From positions 186,970 to 250,969 of the forward strand of contig JAIXQF010000010.1 of the NCBI GenBank assembly GCA_027484085.1: a stretch of DNA of 64,000 bases, in the 5' to 3' direction. Below, one piece after another: positions 8,541-16,410 of the stretch (the first letter of the stretch is position 1; each line of letters opens with the position of its first letter). The translations under genes were made by a program, and so were the position numbers. The DNA comes from Actinomycetales bacterium. Its GTDB lineage: Bacteria; Actinomycetota; Actinomycetes; S36-B12; UBA5976. The notes under the pieces were generated by a model. That model did not search any database. It worked only from the letters and a program-made list of their open reading frames with translations, and was not told where the DNA came from.

Positions 8541-9641
8541 ATGACAACTGGTTATGTATGGAATGAACTTTATGGCTGGCACGATACGGGCACTTTTGCC
8601 GGACACGTATTTCCAAGTACAACTGTTCAGCCGTATCAACATTTTGAAAGTGCCGAAACAAAAGTTCGACTTGCTTCGTTGTTGGAAGTTTCTGGACTTA
8701 CTAAAGATCTTGTTCGAATTCCTGCCGTGCCAGCAACTGAAGAAGATATTCTGCGGGTTCACTCCGCTGAACATGTGGCACGAATTAAAGCCGAGAGCTT
8801 GAATCCAAAGGGCGGTGACGCTGGCGATACTGAATCACCATTTGGTTATGGCGGTTACGACATTGCGTTACTCGCTGCAGGTGGCGCAATCGAAGCCTTG
8901 CGCGCAGTCATGAACGGCACTGTGAATAATGCTTACGCTTTAGTTCGTCCGCCTGGGCATCATGCTCGGCCATCTACTGGCATGGGATTTTGTATCTTCG
9001 GTAATGCAGCAGTCGCGATTGAAAATGTGCGAGCAACAATGGGTGTTCAGCGAGTCGTAGTTGTGGACTGGGATGTGCATCACGGTAACGGCACACAAGA
9101 GATTTATTACTCGGACCCAAATGTCCTTTGCATTTCCGTGCATCAAGATAATTTGTATCCAACTGATAGCGGCTTCATTGATGACATTGGTGACGAGTCT
9201 GCAGCAGGTTCGGTAATTAACATTCCGTTGCCAGCTGGTTCTGGCAACGGTGCCTATGTCGAAACCTTAGACAAAGTTGTGTTGCCAGCGATTCGTCGAT
9301 TTAAGCCAGATGTGATTGTCGTTGCTTCAGGATTTGATGCCAGCGCTTCCGATCCACTGGGTCGCATGCTGGTTACCGCATCCGGCTATCGCCAGCTAAC
9401 TGAAATGTTGCTAGGTGTGGCCGATGAAGTTTGTGAAGGCCGAGTAATGATGACGCATGAAGGTGGCTATTCACCGACTTACGTTCCGTACTGCGGCTTG
9501 GCCGTGCTTGAGGCGATGTCGGGGGTTAAGACTGACATCAACGATCCATTTGGCCCAGGCTATGAACGCCTGCCAGATCAGGCTTTAACCGAAACTCAGG
9601 CCAGTCGGATTGCCCAAGCCGCTGGGATACATGGGCTTTAA
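8541..9641 (+). CDS. Histone-deacetylase-family Zn amidohydrolase (acetylpolyamine / acetoin-utilisation type)
   Basis: Motifs RPPGHHARPSTGMGFCIFGNAA, DWDVHHGNGTQEIYY and GFDAS. I chose the ATG at 8541 (MTTGYVWNE...) because the longer ORF from 8466 overlaps the preceding gene. Confidence 0.8.
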   Translation: MTTGYVWNELYGWHDTGTFAGHVFPSTTVQPYQHFESAETKVRLASLLEVSGLTKDLVRIPAVPATEEDILRVHSAEHVARIKAESLNPKGGDAGDTESPFGYGGYDIALLAAGGAIEALRAVMNGTVNNAYALVRPPGHHARPSTGMGFCIFGNAAVAIENVRATMGVQRVVVVDWDVHHGNGTQEIYYSDPNVLCISVHQDNLYPTDSGFIDDIGDESAAGSVINIPLPAGSGNGAYVETLDKVVLPAIRRFKPDVIVVASGFDASASDPLGRMLVTASGYRQLTEMLLGVADEVCEGRVMMTHEGGYSPTYVPYCGLAVLEAMSGVKTDINDPFGPGYERLPDQALTETQASRIAQAAGIHGL

Positions 9642-9713
9642 ATTGGGATAACGCTTGATTTGGGTGGATTTTCCTAAAGATTGGAAACTTGTCTGCCGCT
9701 AGCCTTATGCTGT

Positions 9714-9729
9714 TCGAACAAATGTTCGA
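9714..9729. promoter_or_regulatory. LexA (SOS) box of the actinobacterial type, TCGAAC-N4-GTTCGA
   Basis: The sequence TCGAACAAATGTTCGA matches the Mycobacterium/Gram-positive SOS box consensus exactly. It sits 10 nt upstream of the ATG at 9740 of the first gene of the dnaE2 operon. Confidence 0.7.
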
Positions 9730-9739
9730 AAGGCTTGTT

Positions 9740-10078
9740 ATGTCCCGCAACTACGGCGCCAGCTCCAAATCTCTGGCTTACGTAAGCACTAACGCTGATG
9801 GTGCTCCGAATTGGTTTAGTTGGCGTGGCCGCAGGTATGTAGTGCTGGCAATTTTATTCAGCTGGCTTGAAGTTGCTCCGTGGTGGCGTGCTCGCCAAGC
9901 CCGAGAGTGGCAGGTCTGGCGCATTGAAGCAGCCGATCAGGCCGCACAAAAAGACTCAGGCGCCCGTGACATGGACACGCCTAACTCAGGCGCCTGTTAC
10001 ATGGACACGCCTAACTCAGGCGTGTATGACATAGCAACTAGCGACCAGCGATGGTTCATCCGTCGCGTAATGGATTGA
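9740..10078 (+). CDS. Small uncharacterised protein (from memory resembles the actinobacterial DUF6504 family)
   Basis: Conserved-looking core WFSWRGRRYVVLAILFSWLEVAPWW...EWQVWRIEA...GVYDIATSDQRWFIRRVMD. The start at 9740 has an AAAGG RBS 6 nt upstream. The longer ORF from 9689 would contain the SOS box. The gene carries an in-frame 30-bp duplication. Confidence 0.5.
   Translation: MSRNYGASSKSLAYVSTNADGAPNWFSWRGRRYVVLAILFSWLEVAPWWRARQAREWQVWRIEAADQAAQKDSGARDMDTPNSGACYMDTPNSGVYDIATSDQRWFIRRVMD
9955..10034 (+). repeat. In-frame 30-bp tandem duplication (2 full copies plus a diverged partial copy) inside the small ORF
   Basis: CTCAGGCGCCCGTGACATGGACACGCCTAA (9955-9984) and CTCAGGCGCCTGTTACATGGACACGCCTAA (9985-10014) differ at 2 positions. 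A third, partial unit begins CTCAGGCGTGTATGACAT. Translation is DSGARDMDTPNSGACYMDTPNSGVYD. Confidence 0.9.
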
Positions 10079-10124
10079 TTTATTAATTAGCAGATTTATT
10101 AATTAGAAAATTACTGGAGGAAAC

Positions 10125-10631
10125 ATGACTGCTCAAATCACAGACGAAGTTCAAGTGACTGTAGCCAGTATTGATTTACTTGGTGGCGCCTTGCGTAGCC
10201 TGGACGCTGCGATTACATCATCACGTGCTGGTGAAAAATATGTGGCAGCGCATCTTGCTGCGTTACGCGCTGCTGCAGCTTTACTTGCGGCGTATGCCAA
10301 GCCAAATAGTAATTCGCGTAAGCCCAATAGGGGTCGGCCATCAAGTGCATGGACGTTAGTAATTAAAGTTGCGCCAGAGTTCACTGAGTGGGCACAGTAT
10401 TTCGCAGCCGGTGCAGGTAAGCGCGCTGCCGCCGAAGTTGGTTTAGGTGGCGCAGTCACGCCGCGCGAAGCAGATGACTTAGTGCGGGATGCCCACGAGT
10501 TTATTGATTTAGTTTCCGAAAAACTTGGCGTATCCAGACAACTGACTTTGCCAACTAACGTAGCTGCGCAAGCCGTTGTTCCAAATAATGTAATTCCACT
10601 AAAGCGCCGCGCTGTATCGACCGCTAAGTAG
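10125..10631 (+). CDS. Small Ala-rich helical protein (from memory resembles the SAV_6107-family HEPN-like proteins of Actinomycetota)
   Basis: 168 aa with a strong RBS (GGAGGAAAC-ATG). Pattern EKYVAAHLAALRAAAALLAAYAKP...RPSSAWTLVIKVAPEFTEWAQYFAAGAGKRAAAEVG...READDLVRDAHEFIDLV. I found no Rx4-6H motif. Confidence 0.5.
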   Translation: MTAQITDEVQVTVASIDLLGGALRSLDAAITSSRAGEKYVAAHLAALRAAAALLAAYAKPNSNSRKPNRGRPSSAWTLVIKVAPEFTEWAQYFAAGAGKRAAAEVGLGGAVTPREADDLVRDAHEFIDLVSEKLGVSRQLTLPTNVAAQAVVPNNVIPLKRRAVSTAK

Positions 10632-10646
10632 GTTGTTGCAAAAGTT

Positions 10647-13600
10647 ATGGATCAAGGCTTTATTCATCTGCATGTGGCATCCGCATTGTCTATGCGTTAT
10701 GGCACAAGCACGCCACAAGACTTAGTGCTTCGGGCGACTGAATATGGTCAAACTGCATTGGCTTTAACGGATCGCGATACCGTAGCGGGCGCAGTCAGTT
10801 TTATCCATGCTTGCGCGAGTGCAAACGTCTCACCAATTCTTGGCGTCGATATTGCATTAGAGACTCCACAGCCATACTTGCCAACTCCAGCACATGGCGG
10901 GAAGTGGGTTAAGCCAGAACGACCACGAGTTACCCTGTTGGCGCACGACAAACTTAGTTGGGCTGGTTTGTGCGCAGTTATTTCACAAGCTCATAAAGAT
11001 TCTCGCGAAGATCCAGAAATTAATCGGCAGGAGTTATTAAGGCTTGCTGGTGAGCATGGGTTAATTGCGTTACTGGGCCCACGGTCTGACATCGGTTACA
11101 ACATCCTCAATCGCAGGCCGGATCGAGCTTTGGATCATTTGAGAACTTGGCAAGACCACGGCGTTCGGACGTACTTAGAAATTGCTACCCATCACCAAAG
11201 TCCAGATGGTTCAAATCTTTCAGACACTTTTGCAGCCCGAATTTTGCAGTGGGCGATTGTGCATAAAACTCAAGCGGTTTTAACAAATTTGGTTAGGTAT
11301 CGGGATCCCAAAGATTCTCGAATTGCAGATGTGCTTGATGCCTCACGCCGACAGATTGCACTATCAAATCAACCCACAACCAGTCAGGCATTCTTGGCTT
11401 CAAGTCAGCACATGAGCGCTATTGCACAGCGAGTTTCTAGCTTGGTTGGTGATCCGCGCGATATTGGTAAGGCATTACTCAGGCAAACCGTAGTTCTTGG
11501 CCAAGAATGCATAATTGACCCACAGGCAGACCTAGGTATGAACCAGGTTTATGTGCCTGAGTTATCGAAGTTATTGCCGGGTGAAACTCGCAGCGCCGAC
11601 AGCATTCTGCAAGAACGTTGTGAAGTTAGCTTTTCGAATTACTTAACTGATAATTCGGTTACTCGTAGCGATGATCGTCGTATTACTAGAGAGCGATTAG
11701 ATTCCGAGTTGTCAGTAATCAAACAGATGGGTTTGGCTGGCTACGTTTTAACCGTTGCGCAAGTTGTGGACATGATTCGAGCTATGAAAGTTCGGGTTGC
11801 CGCTCGAGGGTCAGGCGCTGGAAGTTTTATTAACCATTTATTAGGAATTTCTGGTGTTGACCCAATCAAACACAATCTTTTAATGGAACGATTTGTTTCC
11901 ACACTTCGCCCTGGCTTGCCAGACATAGATATAGATGTTGAGTCAGATCGTCGAATTGAAATTTATCAAGCTATCTTTGATCGATTTGGAGACCAGCGAA
12001 CCACTTGTGTTTCGATGCGCGAAACTTATCGAGTTCGACATGCCATTCGTGATGTTGGCGCAGCCTTAGGGATGCCACCAGGAGAAATAAATACTTTTGC
12101 TAAGTCTTTCCCACACATTAGAGCTCGTTACATCAGAAGCGCGCTAGCTGAATTGCCAGAACTGCGTCGAAGTGGGATTGGTGTGCGAGCTGCGCGCGGA
12201 GATCTAGATCAATTCCTTGACTTAGTAGAAGGCTTAGACGGATTACCTAGGCATACTGCGCTGCACCCGTGCGGAATAGTGCTTTCAGATTTATCGCTGT
12301 TGCAGCGCACCCCAGTTCAACCAAGTGCTCAAGAATTTCCGATGTCACAATTTGATAAGGATGATGTAGAGCACATGGGGTTACTAAAGCTCGATGTGCT
12401 CGGAGTTCGCATGCAGTCAGCTTTGGCTTATGCCATCGATCAGGTTTACCAAGTTCAAGGACCTGGCGCTCACGGCGCAGATTCAACCGGAAAGATTAAT
12501 CTGGAAACGGTTCCTCGTGACGATCCAGAAACTTTTGCATTAATTCAAAGCACCAAAACTCTAGGCTGCTTCCAAATTGAATCGCCAGGCCAGCGAGAGT
12601 TAATTGGAAAGTTTGCTCCAGTTTCATTTGGTGACTTAATTACTGACATTTCACTATTTCGACCTGGACCAGTTAAAAGTGACATGATCACGCCGTTTCT
12701 GCGAGCCCGACAGGGCTGGGGCATGACTGACTATATGCACTCAGATTTAAAAGAAATATTGACTGAAACCAGTGGAGTTGTAGTTTTTCACGAACAAGTA
12801 ATGCGAATCGTCTCAGTTATGACTGGTTGTTCGCTGGAGGCAGCCGATCTAATTCGTCGGCGCATGGGGGATTACGAGCAACTAGATGAAATTCGCGAAT
12901 GGTTCTATAAATCTTTGATAAGTCGCAACTACGAACTTTCGGTAATCGAGCAAGTCTGGGATGTGTTGCGAGCTTTCGCATCGTTTGGATTTTGTAAGGC
13001 GCATGCAGCGGCCTTTGCGCTGCCTACATATCAATCCGCATGGTTTAAGGCACATCATCCAGCCGCATTCTTGGCTGGAGTGCTGACTCATGATCCAGGT
13101 ATGTACCCAAAGCGACTCATTGCTGATGACGCTCGCAGTTTTGGAGTAGAAATTTTAGGACTTGATGTAAATGTTTCAAAAGACACGTATCTAGTTGAAA
13201 TTACTAAATCAGGCAGTCAAGGAATTCGAATCCCGCTATCTGAAGTTAAAGGGATAAGCCAGCAAGAAGTTTCTGACATTATTTCCGGTCAACCGTATGC
13301 TTCACTGGCTGACTTTGTCATTCGCAGTAGAGCATCTCGCCCAATTGTGGAACGAATAATTTTGGCAGGCGGTTTCGATTCACTTCATGAATCGCTAGTT
13401 TCTAGGCGTGATCTACTGTTTCACGCCGCTGAATTGAGTGCTGAGTTTAAGTTGAAGCGAACTGCTAGCTCGCGAACAAGTAATCAGATCTCTCTTGGCA
13501 TGCAAGAGGTTACCTGGATTCCTGAACCAACTGGATTACCTGCGCTATCACTTGCAGATCGCGTTAAATATGAAATTGAAGTTTTAGGTATTGATGTCAG

Positions 13601-14138
13601 CGCCCATGTCATGAGCTTTTATCGCCAGATGCTAATTGAATTAAACGCAGTTCCAGCTGATCAGCTATTAACAGTGCGCTCACAATCCAGTGTGCTAATT
13701 GCTGGAGTGAAAGTCGCTACTCAAACTCCACCGATTCGTTCAGGCAAACGAGTTGCATTCATTACGTTAGAAGATTCAACCGGTCCAGTAGATGCCACAT
13801 TTTTCGAGGAAGCACAAGATCAATATGCCGCCACACTTTTTCATTCCTGGTTACTTCTAGTCAGTGGCACAGTGCGCCGAACTGGTCCGCGTGGCGTATC
13901 GATACTTGCTAATGGTTGCTGGGAGTTATCTGAGGTTTACCAACACTGGAAGCGCGGGGGAGTTAGCGCAGTTCACGAGTTAATTGGAAAGGTCCCAGTA
14001 CACCAGTTAGATCCAGTTGCCCCAACGCAGATTTGGGAGCACGCAAGCGGGTTTAGATCCTCGCCTTATGCCGACGTTCGACCCGCTGGGTCCGATATCG
14101 CGCGATCCATGCGATCAGCCGCAAAGATGGCACCATGA
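10647..14138 (+). CDS. dnaE2: Error-prone-type DNA polymerase III alpha paralogue (DnaE2/ImuC-like)
   Basis: 1163 aa. N-terminal PHP-like region FIHLHVASALSMRYG...LALTDRD, palm motif GLPDIDIDVES, FGFCKAHAAAFA, and a C-terminal OB region. It is distinct from the 1184-aa DnaE1 at 41811. It lies downstream of the SOS box. Confidence 0.8.
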   Translation: MDQGFIHLHVASALSMRYGTSTPQDLVLRATEYGQTALALTDRDTVAGAVSFIHACASANVSPILGVDIALETPQPYLPTPAHGGKWVKPERPRVTLLAHDKLSWAGLCAVISQAHKDSREDPEINRQELLRLAGEHGLIALLGPRSDIGYNILNRRPDRALDHLRTWQDHGVRTYLEIATHHQSPDGSNLSDTFAARILQWAIVHKTQAVLTNLVRYRDPKDSRIADVLDASRRQIALSNQPTTSQAFLASSQHMSAIAQRVSSLVGDPRDIGKALLRQTVVLGQECIIDPQADLGMNQVYVPELSKLLPGETRSADSILQERCEVSFSNYLTDNSVTRSDDRRITRERLDSELSVIKQMGLAGYVLTVAQVVDMIRAMKVRVAARGSGAGSFINHLLGISGVDPIKHNLLMERFVSTLRPGLPDIDIDVESDRRIEIYQAIFDRFGDQRTTCVSMRETYRVRHAIRDVGAALGMPPGEINTFAKSFPHIRARYIRSALAELPELRRSGIGVRAARGDLDQFLDLVEGLDGLPRHTALHPCGIVLSDLSLLQRTPVQPSAQEFPMSQFDKDDVEHMGLLKLDVLGVRMQSALAYAIDQVYQVQGPGAHGADSTGKINLETVPRDDPETFALIQSTKTLGCFQIESPGQRELIGKFAPVSFGDLITDISLFRPGPVKSDMITPFLRARQGWGMTDYMHSDLKEILTETSGVVVFHEQVMRIVSVMTGCSLEAADLIRRRMGDYEQLDEIREWFYKSLISRNYELSVIEQVWDVLRAFASFGFCKAHAAAFALPTYQSAWFKAHHPAAFLAGVLTHDPGMYPKRLIADDARSFGVEILGLDVNVSKDTYLVEITKSGSQGIRIPLSEVKGISQQEVSDIISGQPYASLADFVIRSRASRPIVERIILAGGFDSLHESLVSRRDLLFHAAELSAEFKLKRTASSRTSNQISLGMQEVTWIPEPTGLPALSLADRVKYEIEVLGIDVSAHVMSFYRQMLIELNAVPADQLLTVRSQSSVLIAGVKVATQTPPIRSGKRVAFITLEDSTGPVDATFFEEAQDQYAATLFHSWLLLVSGTVRRTGPRGVSILANGCWELSEVYQHWKRGGVSAVHELIGKVPVHQLDPVAPTQIWEHASGFRSSPYADVRPAGSDIARSMRSAAKMAP

Positions 14139-15361
14139 GCCGTTCCCAGTTGAACCGAGGAAACTCGGCGCCCAACCCGCAAGGGGATGACGCTGGCTGC
14201 AACATTCTGCACATCGACATGGATGCATTTTTTGCCCTAGTTGAAGTCCGAGAAAATCCAAGTCTTGTCGGTAAGCAAGTAATTGTGGGCTACGACGGAA
14301 ATCGCGGGGTTGTCCTGTCGGCAACTTATGAGGCTCGAAAGCTAGGAGTTCATTCGGCTATGCCAATGTCTCGAGCGCTTCGTCTGGCGCCTAACGCAAT
14401 TGTCGTAGAGCCAGATCATGAAAAGTATTCTGAAGTTTCTGAAAATGTGATGGCGATCTTTGAATCAGTAACACCTTTAGTGCAACCACTTTCGGTTGAT
14501 GAAGCATTTTTAGATATTTCTGGTGCGCAAAAACTAATGGGAACCCCAACCCAGATTGGTGAAGTAATTAGAGCGAGAGTGAGCGATGAACAAGGAATAA
14601 CTTGCTCAGTTGGAGTCGCACCAACCATGTTTGTTGCCAAACTTGCAACCAACTTTGCTAAACCAGATGGCTTGCATGTTGTACCTGCTGACAAAGTAAT
14701 TGAGTTTTTGCATCCACTACCAATCGGTGCACTTTGGGGCGTGGGTGAAAAAACTGGAGAACAACTTGCCCGCCTTGGATTGGTAAACGTTTCGGATATC
14801 GCAAACACCCCAGTTAAGACTTTGGCTAGGGTTATCGGCCAAGCTGCCGCTGAACATCTTTATGAACTTTCTTGGGGTCGCGACCCTCGAGTAGTTACGC
14901 CTAACCAAGCTGAAAAAAGTATTGGAGCGGAACGAACCTTTGAAGCTGACATTGATGACCCAGAAGAAATCTTGGCCCAGATCTTGGATTTAAGTAACAA
15001 AGTTGCAAAGCGACTGCGCGCTGCTAATTACTTTTCTCGAACCATAACGATCAAGGTCCGATTTGCTGACTTTACTTCCGTGACCAGAAGTAAATCCCTA
15101 CCTTCTTCAACCGATTTAGCAACCGATATCTATGCCACCAGCAAGAGCCTGTTTGAAGCTATGCACTTACAGCGAGCTCGGATTCGGTTAGTGGGTGTCC
15201 GCGCTACCGGACTTGTCCCAACCAGCGAGTCGTCAGTTCAGCTGGAGTTTTCTAATCGCGATTCTGGCTGGCGGGAAGCCGAAGCAGCAATGGACCAGGT
15301 TTCCCTGAAGTTCGGGAACTCAGCCGTTAAGCCCGCCCGACTTATCAAGCCAGAATCCTAG
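14135..15361 (+). CDS. dinB: DNA polymerase IV (Y-family, catalytic residues intact)
   Basis: 408 aa. ILHIDMDAFFALVEVRENPSL and SVDEAFLDISG retain the catalytic Asp/Glu residues. Its start overlaps the dnaE2 stop (ATGA at 14135-14138). Confidence 0.85.
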   Translation: MSRSQLNRGNSAPNPQGDDAGCNILHIDMDAFFALVEVRENPSLVGKQVIVGYDGNRGVVLSATYEARKLGVHSAMPMSRALRLAPNAIVVEPDHEKYSEVSENVMAIFESVTPLVQPLSVDEAFLDISGAQKLMGTPTQIGEVIRARVSDEQGITCSVGVAPTMFVAKLATNFAKPDGLHVVPADKVIEFLHPLPIGALWGVGEKTGEQLARLGLVNVSDIANTPVKTLARVIGQAAAEHLYELSWGRDPRVVTPNQAEKSIGAERTFEADIDDPEEILAQILDLSNKVAKRLRAANYFSRTITIKVRFADFTSVTRSKSLPSSTDLATDIYATSKSLFEAMHLQRARIRLVGVRATGLVPTSESSVQLEFSNRDSGWREAEAAMDQVSLKFGNSAVKPARLIKPES

Positions 15362-15479
15362 AAATTTGCATGATATTCCTAAGAAATTGCCAAGTTTGCC
15401 CAAATCGGGCATTAAAGTTTCGAAAAAATCAAACCAGACGTAGTCTTAGTAATAAGGAACAAGTTTTAAGGGGGCGCAC

Positions 15480-15848
15480 ATGGGACTAACAGATCGCGAA
15501 CAGCAATTGCTGGAGCAAATGGAGCGCGCCCTAGCTAGTGAAGATCCTAGATTTGCTTCCGCATTAGGCGGACCAATGACTAACCGAATTGCGACCAAGA
15601 GCATTGGTATTGCTGTAATCGGAGTAGTGATTGGAATCGCAAGCCTGCTTGCTGCCGTAACTCTTTCGATCCCGGTTCTTGGAGTTTTAGGCTTCTTGGC
15701 CATAGTCGCCGGTTTCTATTTTGCTAACCTGGGCGCAAAATCAAGCCCAAATACGGGAAAGCCTGCAAAGACCAACAAGTCGTCGACTTCGGGTGGATTC
15801 ATGCAAGGTCTAGAAGAACGCTGGGATCGTCGTCAAGACAACGGGTAA
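15480..15848 (+). CDS. DUF3040-type small membrane protein
   Basis: N-terminus MGLTDREQQLLEQMERALASEDPRFASAL followed by two TM helices. This family usually sits upstream of the actinobacterial dcw cluster. Confidence 0.65.
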   Translation: MGLTDREQQLLEQMERALASEDPRFASALGGPMTNRIATKSIGIAVIGVVIGIASLLAAVTLSIPVLGVLGFLAIVAGFYFANLGAKSSPNTGKPAKTNKSSTSGGFMQGLEERWDRRQDNG

Positions 15849-15885
15849 GTAAGCGCCTAAGTATTGTTTAGGGCATTATTTAGGT

Positions 15886-16407
15886 ATGACTATTCACAAA
15901 GCTGACATTGGAAATTTTGCCGAAGACTTTATTGTCGGAGATGTTTACCAGCATCCACTAGGTCGCACTATCACCGAAGCAGATTCCACTTGGTTCACAT
16001 TGCTAACGGTTAACACAAACCAGAATCACTTCAACGAGCACTATGCCCAGATGAATCCGATTGCCGAAGGTCGCATCATCGTTAACTCGGGCTTCACAGT
16101 AGCTCTAGTACTTGGTATGTCAGTTCTAGATATGAGTCAGCATGCAGTAGCAAATCTAGGTTGGACCGACATCAAGTTAACCGCGCCAGTTTATGTCGGC
16201 GATACTTTGTACGCAGAAAGTAAAGTACTTGAAATGCGAAGCTCATCTTCGCGCCCGGATTTTGGAATTTTGACCATGCGAACTCGAGGCATCAACCAGG
16301 ACGGCGTCGAAGTAATGTCATGGGTTCGCTCCGTAATGATCCCAAAGCGCTCATCTGGTATCGGTCAAAACTATTTCCCAGAAGCCAATACTGGTCCGAT
16401 CGAATAA
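15886..16407 (+). CDS. MaoC-family (hot-dog fold) dehydratase
   Basis: 173 aa. VGDVYQHPLGRTITEADSTWFTLLTVNTNQNHFNEHYA is typical of MaoC-like enoyl/itaconyl-CoA hydratases. Confidence 0.7.
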   Translation: MTIHKADIGNFAEDFIVGDVYQHPLGRTITEADSTWFTLLTVNTNQNHFNEHYAQMNPIAEGRIIVNSGFTVALVLGMSVLDMSQHAVANLGWTDIKLTAPVYVGDTLYAESKVLEMRSSSSRPDFGILTMRTRGINQDGVEVMSWVRSVMIPKRSSGIGQNYFPEANTGPIE

Positions 16408-16410
16408 AGT

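Noticed and set aside
9689-9739. N-terminal extension of the first SOS-operon ORF (TTG at 9689)
   Set aside because: The extension would place the perfect LexA box inside the coding sequence. The ATG at 9740 has an RBS and leaves the operator upstream.
10125-10631. HEPN-like protein as a toxin or defence nuclease (HEPN/MNT-type system)
   Set aside because: I could not find the catalytic Rx4-6H motif (only R-x2-H and R-x8/9-H spacings). No partner nucleotidyltransferase or antitoxin-like gene is adjacent. The operon context points to DNA-damage tolerance instead.
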